Source: Actinomycetota bacterium (lineage in GTDB: Bacteria > Actinomycetota > UBA4738 > HRBIN12). Taken from it: a DNA stretch of 64,000 nucleotides. Numbering within the stretch: position 1 is the stretch's first letter; each line of letters opens with the position of its first letter. The notes beneath the pieces were generated by a model, which worked only from the letters and a program-made list of their open reading frames with translations, searched no databases and was not told the origin of the DNA. A program made the position numbers and the translations under genes. Location of the stretch: contig JAXLTF010000010.1 in assembly GCA_046330185.1 (NCBI GenBank), positions 330 through 64,329 on the forward strand, read 5' to 3'. Positions 1 through 10,604 of the stretch are shown here, one piece after another.

Positions 1-1
1 G

Positions 2-412
2 CTCGAGGTCCGTCTGGTGACGCCGGAGCGCGAGGTCTGGGCCGGCCCGGCCGAGATGCTGATCGCGCGCGGCGTCGAGGGCGAGGTCGGGATCCTGGCC
101 GGTCACGCGCCGCTGCTGGTGCGCCTGGCCATCGGACCGATGCGGATCGTGCGTGAAGGCGACGACGCCATCGTCGCCGCGGTCGACGGCGGGTTCCTGC
201 ATGTCGGGACGCACGGCGACGCCACCCGGGCCGATGTGTTGGCGTCGTACGCCGACCTCCGGACCGAGATCGACGCCGAGGCGGCCCGTCAGCGGGTGAC
301 CGAGCTGGAGGGCCGCCTCCAGGACCTCGACACGCAGACGGCCGAGGCCGAGATCCTCGCCGCGAGGGCCGAGCTGCAGAAGGCGCTGGTGCGCGTCAAC
401 CTGGCCGGCTGA
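2..412 (+). CDS. atpC: F0F1 ATP synthase subunit epsilon (5' end just off-window)
   Basis: The frame is open from base 2 (LEVRLVTPEREVW...GILAGHAPLL...). This is the typical epsilon N-terminal beta-sandwich plus C-terminal helical hairpin. Stop at 410-412. Confidence 0.85.
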   Translation, partial: LEVRLVTPEREVWAGPAEMLIARGVEGEVGILAGHAPLLVRLAIGPMRIVREGDDAIVAAVDGGFLHVGTHGDATRADVLASYADLRTEIDAEAARQRVTELEGRLQDLDTQTAEAEILAARAELQKALVRVNLAG

Positions 413-432
413 GCTCGCCTCCAGCCGACACA

Positions 433-451
433 GGAACGCCACGGGCGTTCC
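433..451 (+). terminator. GC hairpin after atpC (GGAACGCC-ACG-GGCGTTCC)
   Basis: Perfect 8-bp stem with a 3-nt loop, 21 nt after the atpC stop. There is no U-tail, as is common in high-GC actinobacteria. Confidence 0.4.
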
Positions 452-474
452 CCGGCCCTCCCGGCCGCGGGCGC

Positions 475-480
475 TAGCAT
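475..480 (+). promoter_or_regulatory. -10-like TAGCAT, 9 nt upstream of the murA ATG (leaderless-type start)
   Basis: TAnnnT hexamer immediately upstream of the start codon, with no Shine-Dalgarno in between. Confidence 0.35.
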
Positions 481-489
481 CGGGTCTCG

Positions 490-1758
490 ATGGACCGCCT
501 GTGGGTAACCGGCGGCGCCAGGCTCGCGGGGACCGTGCGGGTGTCCGGCGCCAAGAACTCCGCGCTGAAGCTGATGGCTGCGTCGCTGCTGGCGCCGGGC
601 TGCAGCGTCGTGCGCAACGTGCCGAGGATCCGCGACTGCGCGGTGATGGCCGAGATGCTCGAGCACTTCGGGGTGCGCGTGCGGCTGCGGGACGGGGTCG
701 CGGAGCTGGACGCGACCGACGTGCACGACGTCGAGGCTCCCGACGAGCTCGTGCGCCAGATGCGAGCGTCGATCGTCGTGCTCGGCCCGCTGCTCGCCCG
801 CTGCGGACGCGCCCGCGTCTCCCTGCCGGGCGGCGACGAGATCGGGGCCCGCCCCGTCGACCTGCACGTGCGCGGGCTGGAGCGGATGGGCGCGACGGTG
901 CGGTCGGAGCACGGCTTCTTGGTGGCCGAGGCCGGCCGGTTGCACGGCGCCGCGATCACCCTCGACTACCCGAGCGTCACCGCGACCGAGAACCTGATGT
1001 TCGCAGCGGCGCGGGCCATCGGGACGACCGTGATCGACAACGCCGCGCGCGAGCCCGAGATCGCCGATGTCGCTGCCTACCTGGTCGCGATGGGCGCGCG
1101 GATCTCCGGAGCGGGATCGAGCACGATCGAGGTCCAGGGTGTCGACGCGTTCCGAGCCGTCGATCACACGTCGATCCCCGATCGGATCGAGGCCGGCACC
1201 TGGGCCGCCGCCGCGGCGATCACCGAGGGCGACGTCACGATCGAGAACGCCCGCCCCGAGCACATGGAGCTGTTCCTGTCCAAGCTGGCCGACGCCGGCG
1301 CCGAGGTCTCCGTCTCCGACGCCGGCCTGCGTATACGGCAGCCGGTGCGGGCGCGCGCCGTCGACTTCGTGACCCTGCCGTACCCGGGGATCGCCACCGA
1401 CTTCCAGCCCATCCTGCTGGCGATGCTCGCGACCGCCGACGGCACGTCGATCGTCACGGAGAACGTGTTCGAGGGTCGGTTCCTGTACGTGGGTGAGCTG
1501 CTGCGGATGGGCGCGGACATCCGCACCGAGGGGCACCACGCGGTCATCCGCGGCGTCCCCCGGCTGTCCGCCGCGCCGGTCCGGGCGCTGGACATCCGCG
1601 CGGGCGCGGCGATGGTCCTCGCCGGCCTGGGGGCCGAGGGCGTCACCGAGGTCAGCGACATGAACCACGTCGACCGCGGGTACGAGGACTTCGAGGAGAA
1701 GCTCCTGGCCCTCGGCGCCGACGTTCGGCGCGAGCGCGAGCTCGTCGAGCTCGCGTGA
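490..1758 (+). CDS. murA: UDP-N-acetylglucosamine 1-carboxyvinyltransferase
   Basis: 422-aa ORF. MurA signatures run throughout: [18 protein letters not shown], the RPVDLH loop, and C-terminal [12 protein letters not shown]...HVDRGYE. Confidence 0.95.
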   Translation: MDRLWVTGGARLAGTVRVSGAKNSALKLMAASLLAPGCSVVRNVPRIRDCAVMAEMLEHFGVRVRLRDGVAELDATDVHDVEAPDELVRQMRASIVVLGPLLARCGRARVSLPGGDEIGARPVDLHVRGLERMGATVRSEHGFLVAEAGRLHGAAITLDYPSVTATENLMFAAARAIGTTVIDNAAREPEIADVAAYLVAMGARISGAGSSTIEVQGVDAFRAVDHTSIPDRIEAGTWAAAAAITEGDVTIENARPEHMELFLSKLADAGAEVSVSDAGLRIRQPVRARAVDFVTLPYPGIATDFQPILLAMLATADGTSIVTENVFEGRFLYVGELLRMGADIRTEGHHAVIRGVPRLSAAPVRALDIRAGAAMVLAGLGAEGVTEVSDMNHVDRGYEDFEEKLLALGADVRRERELVELA

Positions 1759-3467
1759 GGCCGGCCGGCCGCCGGCTCGCGGCCGCGGCGGCGCTGGCAG
1801 GCGCTCCGTTCCTGGCCGCGCGGCCCGCGCTCGCGGCCGACCCCCCCGCGGTGCTGGTCGTAGGGGTACTCGGCGTCTCGCTCCCCGGGCTGGTCGCGTC
1901 GCCGGCGGTCCGGCAGCTCGTGGATGCCTCCTCGAGGGGAGGGGCGGGTCTGATGGTCGCGACGGGCGTCGATCCGATCGACCAGCTCGGGGCCGTCGCG
2001 GCCGAGCCGGGAACCGGGGTCGTGGCGATCCGGCTCGGCGACCCGGCCGAGCTCCGTTCCGCCCTCGCCGCGTCGCTCGGCGAGCTCGATCCGGATGCCC
2101 GGGCGCTCGTGATGATCGCGACCACGCCTGCGCCCGGGGACCCGCCGTGGTTAGGGGCCGCGGCGCTCGCCGAGGGCCGGGCCGGCGCCATGGGTGTCGC
2201 GCTGGCCGCTCGGAGCGAACCCCCCGAGGTCGCGTCAACGCTCACCTCGGACTCCACGCACCGCATCGGCGTGATCACCGGGCCGGACGTCGCGGCGACC
2301 GCGATCGACGCCGCGGGCATCCTGGTCGCCGCAGACCCGGAGGGGTCTCCGATCCGGGTCGTCGACGCGCCCCCGCCGGTCGGCCTGTACGAGCGCTACC
2401 TGGACCAGCGCCGGCTGGCGGTGCCGGTCGGGATCGTCACGGGCCTGTACGCGCTCGCGGCGGGGTTGCTCGGCCTGATGCTGCTCCTGACGCGGAGCGG
2501 CTCCCCGCGGATGCGGACGAACGCGGGCTTCGCGGCGATCGCCGTCGTGCCGCTCTCGGCCGGCCTGATGCTCGTCGGCCACCTCGATCGCCTGACGTAC
2601 CCCACCGTGTTCGTGTTCCTGGCGGTCGTCGCCGGACTGGCGCTGCTCGCGATGGCCACCGTCCGGAGGCGAGCCGGCGCCCTCGGGTCGATCGCCGCGC
2701 TGGGCGCCGGGCTGCTCGCGATGTTCGCGGCCGAGGCGGCGCTCGGGTGGACCGCGGCCCTCACCCCGCTCCTGGGCGGCGCGCAGCTCGACGGCGGCCG
2801 GTTCTTCGGTCTGCCGAACGTGCAGATCGGGCTGCTGATGGGCGCGACGCTGTACGTGGCGCAGCGGCTGCGCGGCTGGGCGGCGGGCGTGGTCCTGCTG
2901 TTGACCTCGGCGCTGTTCGCGGGGCTCCCGTGGACGGGCTCGAACATCGGCGCCGCGGTGACGATCGCCGCCGCCGCGGGGATCTGGTGGGGGCTGCGCG
3001 CCGACGCGGGACGGCTGCGGGCGGTGACGATCCTGCGCGTGCTGGCCGCGGTCCTCGGAACCGTCGCCGTCGTCGTGATCGCGCATCGCTACATGTCGGA
3101 CACCCCGACCCACATCTCCCGGTTCGCGAGCGACACGGGTGGGCTCGCCGGGTTGTGGGACGAGGCCGTCCACCGGCTCGGCGTCGGCATGGACCTGCTC
3201 GTGCGGAACCCGTTCGGACTGATCCCGGTCGTCGGTGTCCTGGCGACGCTCTGGCTCGTGCTGCGCCCACCCGCCGGGCTCCGCCCGAGCTTGGCCGACC
3301 ACCCGGCGTGGCGCGACGCGCTCGTGACGATCCTGCTCGGGAGCGTGATCGCCTACGTGGCGAACGACTCGGGCGCCGCAGCGATCGGGCTCGGCTTCGG
3401 CACGGCCCTGGGCGGGCTGCTGTACGTGTCGCTCGCGGACGCACCGGCCAAGATGGGGGCAGCGTGA
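1755..3467 (+). CDS. Polytopic membrane protein with N-terminal signal peptide and ~200-aa extracytoplasmic domain (function unknown)
   Basis: 570-aa ORF. It has a signal-like N-terminus ([18 protein letters not shown]), then a soluble Ala/Gly-rich region, then about 9-10 hydrophobic spans. Its GTG start overlaps the murA stop (GTGA). Confidence 0.6.
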   Translation: MRPAGRRLAAAAALAGAPFLAARPALAADPPAVLVVGVLGVSLPGLVASPAVRQLVDASSRGGAGLMVATGVDPIDQLGAVAAEPGTGVVAIRLGDPAELRSALAASLGELDPDARALVMIATTPAPGDPPWLGAAALAEGRAGAMGVALAARSEPPEVASTLTSDSTHRIGVITGPDVAATAIDAAGILVAADPEGSPIRVVDAPPPVGLYERYLDQRRLAVPVGIVTGLYALAAGLLGLMLLLTRSGSPRMRTNAGFAAIAVVPLSAGLMLVGHLDRLTYPTVFVFLAVVAGLALLAMATVRRRAGALGSIAALGAGLLAMFAAEAALGWTAALTPLLGGAQLDGGRFFGLPNVQIGLLMGATLYVAQRLRGWAAGVVLLLTSALFAGLPWTGSNIGAAVTIAAAAGIWWGLRADAGRLRAVTILRVLAAVLGTVAVVVIAHRYMSDTPTHISRFASDTGGLAGLWDEAVHRLGVGMDLLVRNPFGLIPVVGVLATLWLVLRPPAGLRPSLADHPAWRDALVTILLGSVIAYVANDSGAAAIGLGFGTALGGLLYVSLADAPAKMGAA

Positions 3468-4243
3468 GCGCCCCCATCCCTCCCCGTCCCGACGTGTCGC
3501 CCGCCCCGTCCGCCCCCGGCCGGCCGCTCGCCACGTGGTCGTGGTGGGAGGGGATCGGCCTGTACCTCGTCTCCTTCCTGGTCGCCGGCGTCGCGATCAT
3601 CCCGGTCATCGTCCTGATGGGCGGCACCGATCGGGACGCCTCGCTGGGGGCGACCGGGGTCGTGTCCACGATGGTGGCCGACCTGTTGATGGCGGGTATC
3701 TGGGTCGGGTGGCTGCAGCGGCGCCATCGGGAGTGGCGCGAGGCCATCGCGATCGTTCCCGCTCCGCATGGGCGATGGCGGGAGATCGGCGTGGGGATCG
3801 CCGCGGGCCTCGTGCTGGTGCCCGCGGTCGGCCTGGTCAGCCTCACGCTGCAGCGAGCGCTGTCCGGCCTGTTGGATCGCGAGGTGCGCGCGCCGGAACA
3901 GGTGTCGCCGGATCTCACCGGGCTCGCCGCCGCCGCCGCCGTCCTGCTGGCCGTCGTGATCGCGCCCATCACGGAGGAGCTCTTCTTCAGGGGGATCCTG
4001 TTCCGGGCGCTCAGGGACCGGCGGGGGAGCTTCTGGATCGCGGCGCTCGGCTCGGCGGTCCCCTGGGGGGTCGTGCACGTCACGACCTCTGGCTGGGACG
4101 AGAACCTGCTCCTGCAGGTGCCCATCGCGTGCATGGGGATCGCCCTGGCATGGCTGTACGACCGACGTGGGAGCCTGAGCGTGACCGTGGCCGCGCACAT
4201 GGCGTTCAACGCCGTGGGGATCCTGCTGATCCTCTCCGGCTGA
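3464..4243 (+). CDS. CPBP family intramembrane glutamic endopeptidase (CAAX protease-like)
   Basis: In-frame GTG at 3464 overlaps the upstream stop (GTGA). CPBP motifs are present (ITEELFFRG, GSAVPWGVVHV, AAHMAFN) and the protein is multi-TM. Confidence 0.8.
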   Translation: MSAPIPPRPDVSPAPSAPGRPLATWSWWEGIGLYLVSFLVAGVAIIPVIVLMGGTDRDASLGATGVVSTMVADLLMAGIWVGWLQRRHREWREAIAIVPAPHGRWREIGVGIAAGLVLVPAVGLVSLTLQRALSGLLDREVRAPEQVSPDLTGLAAAAAVLLAVVIAPITEELFFRGILFRALRDRRGSFWIAALGSAVPWGVVHVTTSGWDENLLLQVPIACMGIALAWLYDRRGSLSVTVAAHMAFNAVGILLILSG

Positions 4244-4303
4244 GCGGCCCCGGCGCGGATCCGCAGGTCCGACCGTATGCTGTGCGCCGGAGGTGAGGGG
4301 CTC

Positions 4304-4723
4304 GTGCCGCTGTTCCCGAGCGACGCCTGGTTCCAGGACTTCGTCGAGGTGATCAACGCCTCCGAGCGCTACCGGGAGGTGGCCGCCGACTGGGAGGGCG
4401 ACGTCGCCTTCGCGATCGAGGCGGAGCCCGACAAGGGCGTTCCACTTACGGTCTACGGCTGGCTCGATCTGTGGCACGGCGCGTGCCGCTCCGGAGGGAT
4501 CGTGGACGAGCCGAAGGCCAGCGGGTCGCGCTACCTGATCCGGGCGCCGTTCTCCAGGTGGCGCGACCTGCTGGAGGGCGACCTGGATCCGATCCGCGGC
4601 ATGATGCAGGGGAAGCTGCGGGTGCGCGGCGACCTCCCCACGATCCTGCGCTACGTCAACGCCGCGAACGAGCTGGTCCACCTAACGGGCTCGGTGTCCA
4701 CCAGCTACCCCGAAGGGGCTTAG
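4304..4723 (+). CDS. SCP2 sterol-binding domain protein
   Basis: The ORF is open from 4277. GTG 4304 is preferred because GGAGGTGA lies 7 nt upstream. SCP2-type C-terminus (GDLDPIRGMMQGKLRVRGDL). Confidence 0.7.
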   Translation: MPLFPSDAWFQDFVEVINASERYREVAADWEGDVAFAIEAEPDKGVPLTVYGWLDLWHGACRSGGIVDEPKASGSRYLIRAPFSRWRDLLEGDLDPIRGMMQGKLRVRGDLPTILRYVNAANELVHLTGSVSTSYPEGA

Positions 4724-4726
4724 CGC

Positions 4727-5767
4727 ATGCGGGCCGTCGTGTTCGACGGTGTGGGGGCGGTCCGGCTCGCGAACGTGCCCGAGCCGCTCCTGGAGACGTC
4801 GGGCGACGCGATCGTGCGCGTGTCTCACACGGCGATCTGCGGATCGGACCTGCACCTGGTGCACGGCAAGGTCCCGATCGACGCGGGCGAGACGCTCGGG
4901 CACGAGGCCGTCGGGGTGGTCGAGGACGTCGGCGACGCGGTGTCCCGGTTCAGCGTCGGCGACCCGGTCGTCGTGGCGTTCAACATCGCCTGCGGCAGGT
5001 GCTGGTTCTGCAGGCGAGGCGAGACGCAGCTCTGCGACGACTTCCGCAACCTGGGCGCGGGCCGGTTCGGCGGAGGACTGCCCGGTGCGCAGGCGGAGCT
5101 GGTTCGCGTCCCCGCGGCCGACCACAACCTCCTGGGGGTCCCAGGCGGGCTCGAGCCGGAACGGGCCATGTTCGCCGGCGACATCCTCACGACCGCGTAC
5201 TACGCGGCGGCCCTGGCCCAGCCGGCGCCCGAAGAGACCCTGGCGGTGGTTGGCGCCGGCCCGGTCGGCAACCTGTGCGTCCAGGCGGCGCGCGCGCTGG
5301 GCGCGGGAACCGTGCTCGCGCTCGACCGTGAGCCGGAGCGGCTGGCGCTCGCGGCGCGCGCGGGCGCGGTGCCCATCGACGTGCGCGCTCAGCATCCCCA
5401 GGCCGCGGTCGACGAGCGGACCGAGGGCCGCGGCGCCGACGTCGTCATCGAGGCCGTCGGCTCGATCGAGGGGTTCGAGACGGCCGTGGACGTGTCGCGC
5501 CGCGGCGGCCGGGTCGTCGTGCTCGGCGTCTACGCGGGGGAGACGGTCGAGGCGCAGGTGGGGGTGTGGTGGGCCCGGGCCCTCACGCTCCGGTTCGCCG
5601 GCGTGTGCCCCGTGCACGCGTGGTGGGAGTCGGCCATCGCCGCCGTCGTCGACGGCCGCATCGACCCCGACCCGATCGTGTCGCACCGCCTCCCCCTCGA
5701 TGAGGCCGTGGAGGGTTACGCGTTGTTCGATAGGCACGAGGCGACCAAGGTGGTCCTGGTCCCGTGA
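4727..5767 (+). CDS. Zinc-dependent alcohol dehydrogenase family protein
   Basis: 346 aa. Catalytic Zn motif (CGSDLH...GHE), structural Zn cysteines (CGRCWFCRRGETQLC) and a Rossmann motif (VVGAGPVG). Confidence 0.85.
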   Translation: MRAVVFDGVGAVRLANVPEPLLETSGDAIVRVSHTAICGSDLHLVHGKVPIDAGETLGHEAVGVVEDVGDAVSRFSVGDPVVVAFNIACGRCWFCRRGETQLCDDFRNLGAGRFGGGLPGAQAELVRVPAADHNLLGVPGGLEPERAMFAGDILTTAYYAAALAQPAPEETLAVVGAGPVGNLCVQAARALGAGTVLALDREPERLALAARAGAVPIDVRAQHPQAAVDERTEGRGADVVIEAVGSIEGFETAVDVSRRGGRVVVLGVYAGETVEAQVGVWWARALTLRFAGVCPVHAWWESAIAAVVDGRIDPDPIVSHRLPLDEAVEGYALFDRHEATKVVLVP

Positions 5768-6177
5768 GCGTGGTGTACGGGGACCCGGAGCCCAGCGGCC
5801 TCGCGGAGATCGTCGGTGAGCTGATCCGCCAGAACCTCGACAGGGACCCGGGTCGCCGCGGGCACCTGACGCCGCTCGTCGCGTCGATCGCGGTCTCCGA
5901 CGCGGACGTCGGGGTCACGATCCGGATCGGGCAGCGCGACGTCCGCGTCGTCAACGGCATCGCGGCCGACGCGCACCTGCGGATGCGTGCCCGGTCCGAC
6001 GCGCTGGTCCGGCTGACGACCGCGCCGCTCCTGTTCGGCTTCCCCGATCCCTTCCGTGCGGAAGGGCGACGGGCGATCGCCGATCTGCTGGCCGGACGCG
6101 TCCGCGTGGTCGGTCTCCTGCGCCACCCGGTCCGCACGGCCCGCCTCTCCGCGTTGCTGTCGGTGGCCGACGGATGA
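5764..6177 (+). CDS. SCP2-like domain protein
   Basis: 137 aa. The start overlaps the ADH stop. The C-terminal pattern (ADLLAGRVRVVGLLRHP) is typical of actinobacterial SCP2-domain proteins. Confidence 0.55.
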   Translation: MSVVYGDPEPSGLAEIVGELIRQNLDRDPGRRGHLTPLVASIAVSDADVGVTIRIGQRDVRVVNGIAADAHLRMRARSDALVRLTTAPLLFGFPDPFRAEGRRAIADLLAGRVRVVGLLRHPVRTARLSALLSVADG

Positions 6178-6806
6178 GCGGAACACCCGCGCTCGCGCCC
6201 GACCGCCCGAGCCCTGCCCCGGAGGCGCGCCCGGCTCCCCGTCCGCGGTTCCTGCCGACCGTCGTCGTCTCCCTCGCGATCCTGGTCGTCGTGCTCGGAG
6301 GGTTCGTGGTGGCCTGGGCGCTGGGAGGTCGGGCCGCATCGCGGGTCGACGTCGCCGGCCTGGTCGGTGTGCGCCCGGCGGACGGGTGGGCGCTCGCGTC
6401 GCGGGGGACCCTGCACGGACCGTGGGAGACGGGGGGCGGGACCGTCGGCGAGGTGCGGTTTCGCGCGGCTGACCCGCGGCGGCGCCGCCTGGACGTCTCC
6501 GTCGTCGCCGGGTTCGAGGGCACGCCGCAGGACCTCGCGCGCTGGTACGCGTCCGAGGTCCTGAGCCGCCAGCTGACCCAGCTGGTGGTCTCGGACGTTC
6601 GTGCGGCCGACGCCATCGCGACGGACGGGCTCGCGATACGGTTCGCCTACCTCGGGATCGACGACGGCGCGATCGAGGGATACGTGAGCGTGGTCGTGTC
6701 CTTGCGGGGGACCGGCGTCGTGTTCGATGCCTGGGCCGATCAGGGATCCCTGGCTCCGTCCCTGGACGCCGTGGTCGAGATGATGGCCCGAGCGGAGGTC
6801 GCTTGA
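6174..6806 (+). CDS. Single-pass membrane protein with extracytoplasmic domain (hypothetical)
   Basis: 210 aa with a Pro/Ala-rich N-terminus, one TM span (VVVSLAILVVVLGGFVVAWAL) and a soluble C-terminal domain. ATGA overlap upstream and TTGA overlap downstream. Confidence 0.5.
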   Translation: MSGTPALAPDRPSPAPEARPAPRPRFLPTVVVSLAILVVVLGGFVVAWALGGRAASRVDVAGLVGVRPADGWALASRGTLHGPWETGGGTVGEVRFRAADPRRRRLDVSVVAGFEGTPQDLARWYASEVLSRQLTQLVVSDVRAADAIATDGLAIRFAYLGIDDGAIEGYVSVVVSLRGTGVVFDAWADQGSLAPSLDAVVEMMARAEVA

Positions 6807-8034
6807 GCGCGGACCCGGGCCCCCCGCTCGGTCGAACGCGCGCCGGGATCCACGGACGGTTCTTCCGTCCGCAGGAGCCGGCCTTCTGGCTCTACGTCGC
6901 CGTCGTCGGGCTCACGGCGATCTTCGCGATCGCCGAACAGGGCGTCTACCGTCGGATCTCACCGGCCGGGTGGCTGCTCTCGTGGGCGCTGCTCCTGGTA
7001 TACGCGCTGCCGGTCCTCGCGCTGCTCTACGTCTTGGACCTGCACGAGCGTGAGCCGGTCCCGCTGATCCTGGCTTCGCTCGTGTGGGGCGCGGTCGCGG
7101 CGACGACCCTGGCCGGCCTGGCGAACGCCGGCTGGGGCCTGGTCGTGAGCGAGCTCGGCGGACCCGCGTTCGCTTCGCGATGGACGCCGGCGCTCACGGC
7201 CCCCTTCGTCGAAGAGGCGCTCAAGGGGCTGGGCGTCGTGCTCATCTACCTGATCGCCCGCGACGAGTTCGACGACATGCTGGACGGCTTCGTCTACGGA
7301 GCCGCCTGTGGGCTGGGGTTCGCCGTGGTCGAGGACGTGATCTACTTCATGGGCGTCTTCGGCGGCTCCACGGCCGACGTCCTGCGGGGTTCCTGGTCCG
7401 CGTCGTCGCCAGCGGCATCTATGCCCACGTCCTGTACACCGGGCTCGTCGGGATGGGGATCGGCTACTTCGTCTCGCAGGCGGGGGTGCGGACGCCGGGG
7501 CGGCGGCTCGCCGTCCTGGTCGGCCTCTGCGGGCTCGCGGTGCTCGGCCACGTGGCGTGGAACGCGCAGTGGCTCCACCTCTTCCCGCGGCAGCCCTGGA
7601 CCGGGGCCGAGTGGCTGATGATCCCGGTGGCCACCGCCGTCAAGGGCGTGCCCCTGCTGGCGTTCGTCGTGATCGCCGTGTGGCTCGCTCGGCGGAGGGA
7701 GCGACGCTGGCTGGCCGCCGCGGTGCGGCTGGAGGTGGGGCGCGGAGCGATCACGCCCGAGGACATGGAGGTCCTGGCGGACCCTTCGCGCCTGCTCGAG
7801 GAGCGACGAGGGATGCGGCGCCGGGCGGGACCACGTGCCTCGGCCCTGCTCCGCCGCCTGCGGCGCGAGCAGGTGAACCTGGCGATGATCCGCGAGCGCA
7901 CCGACGAGGGGGATCCGAACCTCCTGCGGCAACGCGCGTACTGCCGGTCGCTCCGAGACGCGCTCGATGCGATCCCGGGTGCGGCGCCCGCCGAGGTGAG
8001 GCGGCCGATGAGGGCGCCGGAGGCGGACGGGTAG
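6803..8034 (+). pseudogene. PrsW family intramembrane metalloprotease, one frameshift near 7385
   Basis: ORF 6803..7618 carries the PrsW motifs (FVEEALKG, GLGFAVVED). The sequence continues sensibly only in ORF 7084..8034 (FLVRVVASGIYAHVLYTGLVG...). The switch falls in the G-run CGGGG at about 7385-7390. Confidence 0.75.
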
Positions 8035-8043
8035 GCTTCGCTC

Positions 8044-8994
8044 GTGGCGGCGGGCATGGACGTCGAGGAGCTGATCGCGGGCATCGCCGCCGGGGACCGC
8101 CGGGCCGTCGCCCGCGCGATCTCGCTGGTGGAGGACGGGCGACCCGAGCTGGAGACCATCGCCGCGGGTATCGCCGGGCTGACCGGTCGGGCGGAGACGA
8201 TCGGGATCACGGGCGCCCCCGGGGTCGGGAAGTCGACGCTCGCAGCCGAGCTCGTGCGGTCGATGCGGTCGGACGGCTCCGCGGCCGTCCTCGCCGTGGA
8301 CCCCACATCCCCGTACACGGGCGGCGCGCTGCTCGGGGATCGCGTGCGCATGCAGGAGCACGCGACCGACGAAGGCGTGTTCATCCGTTCGATGGCCACG
8401 CGGGGCCACCTGGGCGGCATGGCGCTGGCCGCGCCCGAGGCCATCCGGATCCTGGACGCGGCCGGGTACATGAGGATCCTCGTCGAGACCGTGGGTGTCG
8501 GGCAGGCCGAGGTGGACGTGGCCGCGGCGACCGACACCGCCCTCGTCGTGCTGGCGCCGGGGCTGGGCGACGCCGTCCAGATGGCCAAGGCCGGGATCCT
8601 CGAGGTCGCCGACGTCTTCGTCGTCAACAAGGCCGACCGCGAGGGAGCCCACCAGGTCGTCCGCGAGCTACGGCAGATGCTCCACCTGGGCGCCGAGCGT
8701 CCGTGGGACCCGCCGGTCCTCGAGACCGTCGCCACCGAGGGGCGGGGGGTCGAAGAGGTTCGCACGGCGATCGCCGGACACGCGCGCTGGCTCACGGGCT
8801 CCGGTGAGCGCGAGCGCAAGCGCCGGGCCCGCCTGCGCCGCGAGGTCGAGGTCCTCGCGGCGGAGCGGTTCCGGCGCCGGGCCGCCGCCGCCTTCGATCG
8901 CGACGGCCGGCTGCTGGACGATCTGCTGGCCGGGACGATCGATCCCTATCGCGCGGCTGAGCGCCTGGTCGCCCTGGCCGAGGCGGGCCAGTGA
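8044..8994 (+). CDS. meaB: Methylmalonyl-CoA mutase-associated GTPase
   Basis: 316 aa. P-loop [13 protein letters not shown] motif, ArgK/MeaB-type N- and C-terminal extensions. Confidence 0.9.
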   Translation: MAAGMDVEELIAGIAAGDRRAVARAISLVEDGRPELETIAAGIAGLTGRAETIGITGAPGVGKSTLAAELVRSMRSDGSAAVLAVDPTSPYTGGALLGDRVRMQEHATDEGVFIRSMATRGHLGGMALAAPEAIRILDAAGYMRILVETVGVGQAEVDVAAATDTALVVLAPGLGDAVQMAKAGILEVADVFVVNKADREGAHQVVRELRQMLHLGAERPWDPPVLETVATEGRGVEEVRTAIAGHARWLTGSGERERKRRARLRREVEVLAAERFRRRAAAAFDRDGRLLDDLLAGTIDPYRAAERLVALAEAGQ

Positions 8995-10604
8995 CGTCGG
9001 GGGCCGACGGGCGGGAACGGCGCACGCTCTCGGGCGTGCCGCTCCCCGCGGTCGCGACGCCCGGCGACCTGGCCGGCTTCGACCCGGAGAGCGCGCTGGG
9101 CGACCCCGGCGGCTACCCGTTCACCAGGGGGATCTACCCGACGATGTACCGGGGTCGGCCGTGGACGATGCGCCAGTTCGCCGGGTTCGGGACGCCGAAG
9201 GAGACGAACGCGCGCTACCGGTTCCTGCTGGAGCGGGGCCAGGGCGGGCTCTCGGTGGCGTTCGACCTCCCCACCCTGATGGGGCTGGACTCCGACGACC
9301 CGCGGAGCCTGGGCGAGGTGGGTCGCTGCGGCGTCGCGACGGACTCGCTGGACGACTTCGAGACGCTGTTCGACGAGATCCCGCTCGGCGACATCTCGAC
9401 CTCGATGACGATCAGCGGGCCGGCGGTGGTGGTGTTCGCGTTCTTCCTGGCCGCCGCCGAGCGGCAGGGCGTCGCGTGGAACCGGCTCGACGGCACGCTC
9501 CAGACCGACATCTTCAAGGAGTACATCGCGCAGAAGGAGTGGATCTTCCCGCCGCGACCGCACCTCCGGCTGATCGGCGACCTGATGGTGTTCTGCGCCG
9601 AGCGGGTGCCGAGGTTCCACCCGATCAGCGTCAGCGGCTATCACATCCGTGAGGCGGGAGCGACCGCGGTGCAGGAGCTGGCGTTCACGCTGGCCGACGG
9701 CTTCGCGTACGTCGAGCTCGGGCTCGCGCGAGGGCTGGACGTCGACCGGTTCGCACCGAGGCTCTCGTTCTTCTTCAACGCGCACATCGACGTCTTCGAG
9801 GAGGTCGCGAAGTATCGGGCGGCCCGCAGGATCTGGGCGCGGTGGCTGCGCGATCGCTACGGGGCCGAGGATCCCGCGTCGATGAAGCTGCGGTTCCACA
9901 CGCAGACCGCCGGCGTGTCGCTCACCGCTCAGCAGCCGATGAACAACGTCGTCCGCACGGCGATCGAGGCGCTGACCGCGGTGCTGGGCGGGACGCAATC
10001 GCTGCACACGAACGCCCTGGACGAGGTGCTGTCGCTGCCCACCGAGGACGCCGCGAAGCTCGCCCTGCGGACGCAGCAGGTGATCGCCGCCGAGACCGGC
10101 GTGCCCGACGTGATCGACCCGCTCGGAGGCTCGTACCTCGTCGAGTCGCTGACCGACCGGACCGAGGAGGCGGCCGAGGCGCTGTTCGCCGAGATCGAGC
10201 GGATGGGGGAGGGCTCGATGCTCGAGGGCGTCCTCGCCGGGATCGAGGGCGGCTGGTTCCACGCGGCGATAGCCGAATCGGCCTTCCGCGAGCAGGGCAG
10301 TTCGAGTCGGGCGAGCTCGCGTGGGCGTGAACACGCGTTCGTCGACGACCGCGAGCCGCCGGTGGAGACGCTCGTGATCGGGACGGAGGCCGAGCGCGAC
10401 TTCGCGTGGAGGCGCTGGCGCGTCTGCGCGCGGAGCGGGACGCGGCCGCGGCCGCGGCGGCGCTGGACGATCTGCGGGCGGCCGCGGCCGGCGAGCTGGT
10501 CGAGCCGTTGATCGCGTTGCGCGCGGGCGCGGTGCACCGAGGGCGAGATCGTCGCGACGCTCACCGAGGTGTTCGGGAGCTACCTCGAGACGCCGAGGTT
10601 CTGA
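8991..10604 (+). pseudogene. Methylmalonyl-CoA mutase catalytic (large, N-terminal) subunit with no B12-binding domain; at least 5 frame changes in the last 310 nt
   Basis: Strong MCM signature ([34 protein letters not shown]). After about 10296 the homologous reading hops between frames (QFESGELAW / VGVNTR / [12 protein letters not shown] / [14 protein letters not shown] / CTEGEIVATLTEVFGSYLETPRF-stop at 10602-10604). Confidence 0.85.

Noticed and set aside
289-2238. 649-aa minus-strand ORF (and many similar long Arg/Pro/Gly-rich ORFs, e.g. 24839..27646, 29110..31407, 39640..41643, 22592..24055).
   Set aside because: These ORFs are antisense or out of frame relative to clearly recognisable genes (murA, gatB, and others). 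Their low-complexity R/P/G/A composition is typical of stop-poor alternative frames in 70% GC DNA.
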